From NCBI GenBank assembly GCA_964534625.1, contig CAZHRF010000001.1:76216-140215 (forward strand): DNA of 64,000 nucleotides. The letters are read 5' to 3'. The translations under genes and the position numbers were made by a program. Shown here one piece after another: positions 59,613 to 64,000 of the stretch. This stretch comes from an uncultured archaeon. Its GTDB lineage: Archaea > Asgardarchaeota > Heimdallarchaeia > Heimdallarchaeales > Heimdallarchaeaceae. The notes beneath the pieces were generated by a model. That model was not told where the DNA came from. It made no database searches and saw only the letters and a program-made list of their open reading frames with translations. How positions within the stretch are numbered: position 1 is the first letter of the stretch; each line of letters starts with the position of its first letter.

Positions 59613-60452
59613 CTACATTACAGTTTTTTCAAGAAAAATGTCTATGCAACTATGTATTAACCGAGGTGAATATTTTTTTACTTTTCGTGTCTCTATCTCT
59701 TTTATTTTCCCATTAATATCAGTAATCCATTTTCTAATATTATTAATTGCTTTTTCTGTATCTCCCCTAGGAATAAGTACATGAACGTGGATATGTCCTT
59801 TTCCTTTTAACGCAAAAACTGCTTTCTGGAATTGATTTTTCGATATTTTGAAGAAACCCATTATGACTCTATTCGCAAACAATTGTGGGGTTTTGACATT
59901 GTTATCTCCCAAAATAGGTATATATCTTTTATTTACATTATTTAAATGAATATTTTCTTTTAAAATGTTATATGCATAAGGATTTTTTTCTATCCCATAA
60001 CATTTTACGGTTGGCTTATTAACTACTATCGGTAAAGATAAATTCCCAATACAAGCAAACATATCGCAGATAACTTCATTAGAGGCGACAATATTTATCA
60101 TTCTCTCTCTTTCGCCTGTGTTACCTGGAGAAAAAGTTAATCTGTTTAAATCAATTTTAAATATTGTAGAAAATTCTTTATGAATGGTTGTAGTTCTTTT
60201 TTCACCCGCAATATGGATAATTTTTGGGGTTCTATACTGAGTTAAAGTGTCTTTTTGTTCTATTACCACATTAACTTTGGGATCTAATTCGATAACTGCT
60301 TGTCCAATCAATTGTTTATATTTAATATCCATTTTTATAAATCTAATAATTGCAATATCTCCAGTTACTGCGTATCCAGCTGGAATTGAATCTAATATGT
60401 GTTTGGGAACAGTATCTATTAATCTATGCTGAATTTGTTTCTTAATTTTCAC
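59613..60452 (-). CDS. Trm5/TYW2(Taw2)-family SAM-dependent tRNA-modifying enzyme
   Basis: GDIAI, FSPGN..ER, DMFACIG, IEKNP and RVIMG. Confidence 0.9.
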   Translation of the reverse strand: MKIKKQIQHRLIDTVPKHILDSIPAGYAVTGDIAIIRFIKMDIKYKQLIGQAVIELDPKVNVVIEQKDTLTQYRTPKIIHIAGEKRTTTIHKEFSTIFKIDLNRLTFSPGNTGERERMINIVASNEVICDMFACIGNLSLPIVVNKPTVKCYGIEKNPYAYNILKENIHLNNVNKRYIPILGDNNVKTPQLFANRVIMGFFKISKNQFQKAVFALKGKGHIHVHVLIPRGDTEKAINNIRKWITDINGKIKEIETRKVKKYSPRLIHSCIDIFLEKTVM

Positions 60453-60513
60453 AGTAATTCGTTTTGAATCTTATATGTATATTCTTTAATATATCTTTTA
60501 ATGATTACACATA

Positions 60514-61089
60514 ATGAGAGATTGTGTTGTAGCTACATTAGGCGATTGTTATACTTTAGTAACAGGAAATGAAGCAAATAATATTTATAGTCAAGGTTGG
60601 TACGGAGAATTGACAATTAATGGTAATTTAAAACTAGATCCTTTCGAAACTGTGATATTAGCTGAACGTAATAGACTTGAGATATTTGATGATAATCAAA
60701 ATAGTTTGACATTATCCGATGTAGTTACTAGGTTCTCTGAAATAATTCCAGATTTTCTCTCACATTATTTATTGTATAAAGATTTAAGAACTAGAGGATA
60801 TGTTATAAAGAAACAAACACCTACTAGTAGGTCCTTTTTATTATATGAGCGAGGAGCAAGTCCCAATAAGAAAGAAGAATATGTTTTTGCGTTGGTATTG
60901 CCAATGACAGAAGGAATATTATTCAATGTAAATGAAATTGACCAAGTGGTATCAAGAGCAAAAAATCTGGATCTAAAATTAATATTTGCTGTTATTGATA
61001 GTTTAGGAGATGTTTCCTACTATAGTGTCAAAGAGTTAACCTTTCAATTTAATCAAAATAAGATATTAGGAGATGCAAAAAATAGATGA
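60514..61089 (+). CDS. endA: tRNA-splicing endonuclease subunit, likely non-catalytic beta
   Basis: YKDLRTRGY, FLLYERG and AVIDSLGDVSYY; catalytic Tyr/His/Lys not evident. Confidence 0.88.
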   Translation: MRDCVVATLGDCYTLVTGNEANNIYSQGWYGELTINGNLKLDPFETVILAERNRLEIFDDNQNSLTLSDVVTRFSEIIPDFLSHYLLYKDLRTRGYVIKKQTPTSRSFLLYERGASPNKKEEYVFALVLPMTEGILFNVNEIDQVVSRAKNLDLKLIFAVIDSLGDVSYYSVKELTFQFNQNKILGDAKNR

Positions 61090-62906
61090 AATATATACCT
61101 GATTCTTCAGCCATAATTAATGGTACATTTTTAAAATATATCGTAGAGCAGAAAGACGTTGATGAGATAATCTTGTCGCGTGTTGTCTTAGCCGAAGTAG
61201 AACACATGGCTAATCAAGCTAAAACAATTGGATTAACTGCACTTGATGAATTAAAAGAATTAAAATTGCATTGTGCAAAAAATGGAATAACATTGGTTAT
61301 TGACGGCGACAGACCTTCTAACAATGATATCAAGTATGCGCCCATGGGCACATTAGATTCTTTAATTAGAGTTCTTGCGGAGGAGTATCAAGGAATTCTT
61401 GTCACTTCTGATAGAATACAAGCAGAAATGGGAGAGATGGAAGGATTGGCAGTTGTATTTTTGAAAGAAACCTCCCCTTCTGAATTGAAAAAAATTGAAG
61501 ATTTTTTTACCGATAAAACCATGTCTGTTCATTTGAGAGAAAATAACCCTCCATTAGCAAAAAAGGGAACACCAGGAAATTTTGAACTTGTAACAATAGA
61601 AAATGAGATTTTAACAAAAGATTTGTTAGAAGAAATTGCAAAAGACATCATGGAAAGGGCAATTTGGGATAAAGATAGTTTTATTGAAATAGACCATAAG
61701 GGGGCAACTGTCATCCAATTGAGAAACATGCGAATTATTATATTGAGACCTCCATTTAGTGATGCAAATGAAATTACTGCTGTTAGGCCCATATTAAAAA
61801 TGAAAATGGATGATTATACATTAGATCAAAAACTACTGAAAAGAATTGAAGAAAGAGCAGATGGTATTATAATAGCTGGAGCTCCTGGTGCTGGTAAGTC
61901 AACTTTTGCTACAGCATTAGCAGAATTCTATGCAGATAAGGAAAAAATCGTTAAAACATTCGAAAACCCTAGAGATTTACAAGTTGATGAAAGAATAACT
62001 CAATTAGGTGGAGTACATGGTGATATTGGTGAATCCGCAGACTTGGTTTTATTAATGCGACCGGATTATGTTGTGTTTGATGAATTGAGAAAAACTCGCG
62101 ATTTTGAAACATACGCGGATCTGAGATTAGCGGGTATTGGTCTTGTGGGGGTTTTACATGCAACAGAGGCAATTGATGGTATTCAAAGATTTATTAAACG
62201 AGTTGACTTGGGTGTTATACCTTCTATAGTGGATACTGTCATTTTCATTGCTAAAGGTAATGTAGAAAAAGCATTAACACTAGAATTAACTGTAAAAGTA
62301 CCGACAGGTATGCAAGAAAAAGACTTAAGTCGGCCAGTAATTGAGGTAAGAGATTTTGATACAAATAAGCTTGAATATGAGATTTATTCATTTGGTGAAC
62401 AGATAGTTGTTGCACCAGTTAGAAAAAAACAAAAGACAACCAAATATTCTCCCCCCTCCATCTCTGCTTATGACATCCAAAAAGTTATGAATAAATATTC
62501 AATAGATCAATATCAATATAGCTTTGATCCCCCTAATACATTAATATTATATGTCAAAGAGAAGGACAAACCAATGGTTATTGGGAGAGAAGGTAGAACA
62601 ATCTCAAAAATTGAACGGGATTTAGGTGATATTAGAATTGATGTTAAAACATTTAAAGAAATGAGTGATCTACATCAAGAAGAGGCCGAATTCATCTTAG
62701 ATGTCTATGAAACAAAAAAACATATTGTATTGGTGTTTCCCTCAATTTGTATGGGAAAAGATGTACAGATATTAATCAACGGAGAATCCTTGGCACAATT
62801 AACAGTAGGACAATCAAGTGATATTAAACTAAGAAAAAACACCGACCTTGGTGAAATATTAACTGAAGCGTATAGAAGTGGTTCGGTTATATCTGCCTTG
62901 ATGTAG
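61086..62906 (+). CDS. PINA: PIN domain + VirB11-like ATPase + KH
   Basis: PDSS (PIN), GAPGAGKST, ENPRDL, FDELR and VIGREGRTI (KH). Confidence 0.93.
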   Translation: MKYIPDSSAIINGTFLKYIVEQKDVDEIILSRVVLAEVEHMANQAKTIGLTALDELKELKLHCAKNGITLVIDGDRPSNNDIKYAPMGTLDSLIRVLAEEYQGILVTSDRIQAEMGEMEGLAVVFLKETSPSELKKIEDFFTDKTMSVHLRENNPPLAKKGTPGNFELVTIENEILTKDLLEEIAKDIMERAIWDKDSFIEIDHKGATVIQLRNMRIIILRPPFSDANEITAVRPILKMKMDDYTLDQKLLKRIEERADGIIIAGAPGAGKSTFATALAEFYADKEKIVKTFENPRDLQVDERITQLGGVHGDIGESADLVLLMRPDYVVFDELRKTRDFETYADLRLAGIGLVGVLHATEAIDGIQRFIKRVDLGVIPSIVDTVIFIAKGNVEKALTLELTVKVPTGMQEKDLSRPVIEVRDFDTNKLEYEIYSFGEQIVVAPVRKKQKTTKYSPPSISAYDIQKVMNKYSIDQYQYSFDPPNTLILYVKEKDKPMVIGREGRTISKIERDLGDIRIDVKTFKEMSDLHQEEAEFILDVYETKKHIVLVFPSICMGKDVQILINGESLAQLTVGQSSDIKLRKNTDLGEILTEAYRSGSVISALM

Positions 62907-63627
62907 AAGTGTTCAAACAAACATTAGTGATACTTACAGAGTCAGATTTTCCCATAATTATTTTATCACAAGATGATGGGAATAAACCATTTTCTAATAT
63001 ACCTGGAATGTTATTTAAATCTGTTTCCATTTTTTTTGGATTAAATATATGCTCAAAGTACACATCGCCAATTATATTTCCATTATCAGAAATAACGGGA
63101 CCTGATTTGTTTTTTGCATAACGTAATTTCAATTTCCCACCCAATTCAAAAATGGGTTTAATTACACAATTACACGCTTCTGGGAAGATTTCAACAGGGA
63201 CGGGATGGTCTATCAATTTTTTAGGATACTTTGTTTCGTCTATCAAAACAATAAATTCTTGCGACGCCGATGCAACAAGTTTTTCTCTAAGCATAGCGCC
63301 GCCTCCACCTTTTATTAAAGTGAAGTCGGTTGTAATAATATCTGCTCCATCAAAATATAGATCTATTTCAGGATACTCGATTAAACTGCTGATAATTGAA
63401 TTTAAATCTCTTAATTCGAACCTTGTGTTATAGGAGGAAGGTATTAACACTATATCTATATTATTAGATTTAATTAATTCTTTTAAGTGAGAAATAAAAT
63501 ATTGTATTGTGGTACCTGTACCAACTCCTATTACCATATTATCATAAATAAAATCTTCTACTGCTACTTTTGCTGCATTGTTTTTACAGACTTCTTTAGT
63601 TTGTGTTTTGTTTTTTGGATTATTCAT
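62887..63627 (-). CDS. rpiA: ribose-5-phosphate isomerase A
   Basis: GVGTGTT, DGAD, IKGGGGAMLREK and SDNGN. Confidence 0.97.
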   Translation of the reverse strand: MNNPKNKTQTKEVCKNNAAKVAVEDFIYDNMVIGVGTGTTIQYFISHLKELIKSNNIDIVLIPSSYNTRFELRDLNSIISSLIEYPEIDLYFDGADIITTDFTLIKGGGGAMLREKLVASASQEFIVLIDETKYPKKLIDHPVPVEIFPEACNCVIKPIFELGGKLKLRYAKNKSGPVISDNGNIIGDVYFEHIFNPKKMETDLNNIPGILENGLFPSSCDKIIMGKSDSVSITNVCLNTSTSRQI

Positions 63628-63746
63628 GTAATCTCCATTAATATAAGTGTTATGTGTGATATAAGTATATTGAAAAAAGATTTGGTGCTATAACTTACAT
63701 TATGATGTTATAGCTATATTTAACTAATTTTAAACTAATTTTTTTA

Positions 63747-64000
63747 TTACTGTTGTTCGCTCATAAACTTTTTAAGCCTATCAAGTTCCTTCAGCATTTC
63801 TTTTCTTAATGCCGCAATGCTTGTGCTTTTGGCAAAAAGATCTCCTTCTTCCGTTTCACTCGCTGCGGTTGGTGGTGCAGTTGGTGGTTTTGTTGTAGGC
63901 GGTGCGGTTGGTGGTGCAGTTGGTGGTTTTGTTGTAGGCGGTGCAGTTGGTGGTGCAGTTGGTGGTTTTGTTGTAGGCGGTGCAGTTGGTGGTGCAGTTG
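63747..64000 (-). CDS. 3' end of a Pro/Thr-rich repeat protein (5'-truncated by window edge; not in ORF track)
   Basis: Manual translation gives ...(PPTAPPTAPPTTK)n PPTAPPTAASETEEGDLFAKSTSIAALRKEMLKELDRLKKFMSEQQ*. Confidence 0.85.
   Translation of the reverse strand, partial: TAPPTAPPTTKPPTAPPTAPPTTKPPTAPPTAPPTTKPPTAPPTAASETEEGDLFAKSTSIAALRKEMLKELDRLKKFMSEQQ
63864..64000 (-). repeat. coding tandem repeat, 39-bp unit, at least 3.5 copies
   Basis: ggtggttttgttgtaggcggtgc(a/g)gttggtggtgcagtt repeated to the window end. Confidence 0.95.

Noticed and set aside
10838-63433. Many 60-200 aa ORFs antisense or nested within ppdK, rpoB, mutases, glmU, PINA, rpiA and others
   Set aside because: Expected shadow ORFs of well-supported genes; no motifs.

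Overview
AT-rich (about 31% GC by eye) core-genome segment of an archaeon, very probably Asgard (Heimdallarchaeia-like). The markers are a single-ORF RpoB, eL38, a Rab-like small GTPase, a PAC4/PSMG4-like protein, a DPM2-like protein and a Pro-rich protein. The window holds about 60 CDS, mostly housekeeping, and 7 tRNAs, 3 of them with position-37/38 introns. Housekeeping genes include rpoA' (partial, missed by the ORF track), rpoB, nusA, TFS, TFE, MBF1, r-proteins, PCNA, GINS, RPA14-like, PAN, tRNA-modification enzymes, GlmS/GlmU/GlmM, PPDK and FolD. I see no rRNA, CRISPR array, integrase or transposase. The best candidates for new biology are: (1) a type-I membrane protein with an outside FKBP domain and an inside 8-Cys zinc finger; (2) a Panacea-like gene, a GC-rich bistable hairpin and a free-standing HTH-LAGLIDADG nuclease in series; (3) a Pro/Thr tandem-repeat protein ending in a VASP-tetramer-like helix; (4) a DUF2797 protein with GIY-YIG-like motifs and a PCNA PIP-box; (5) an RHH-nucleotidyltransferase fusion; (6) several apparent pseudoenzymes; (7) locally shuffled ancestral operons. 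All family assignments come from motif recognition by eye, not from database searches.
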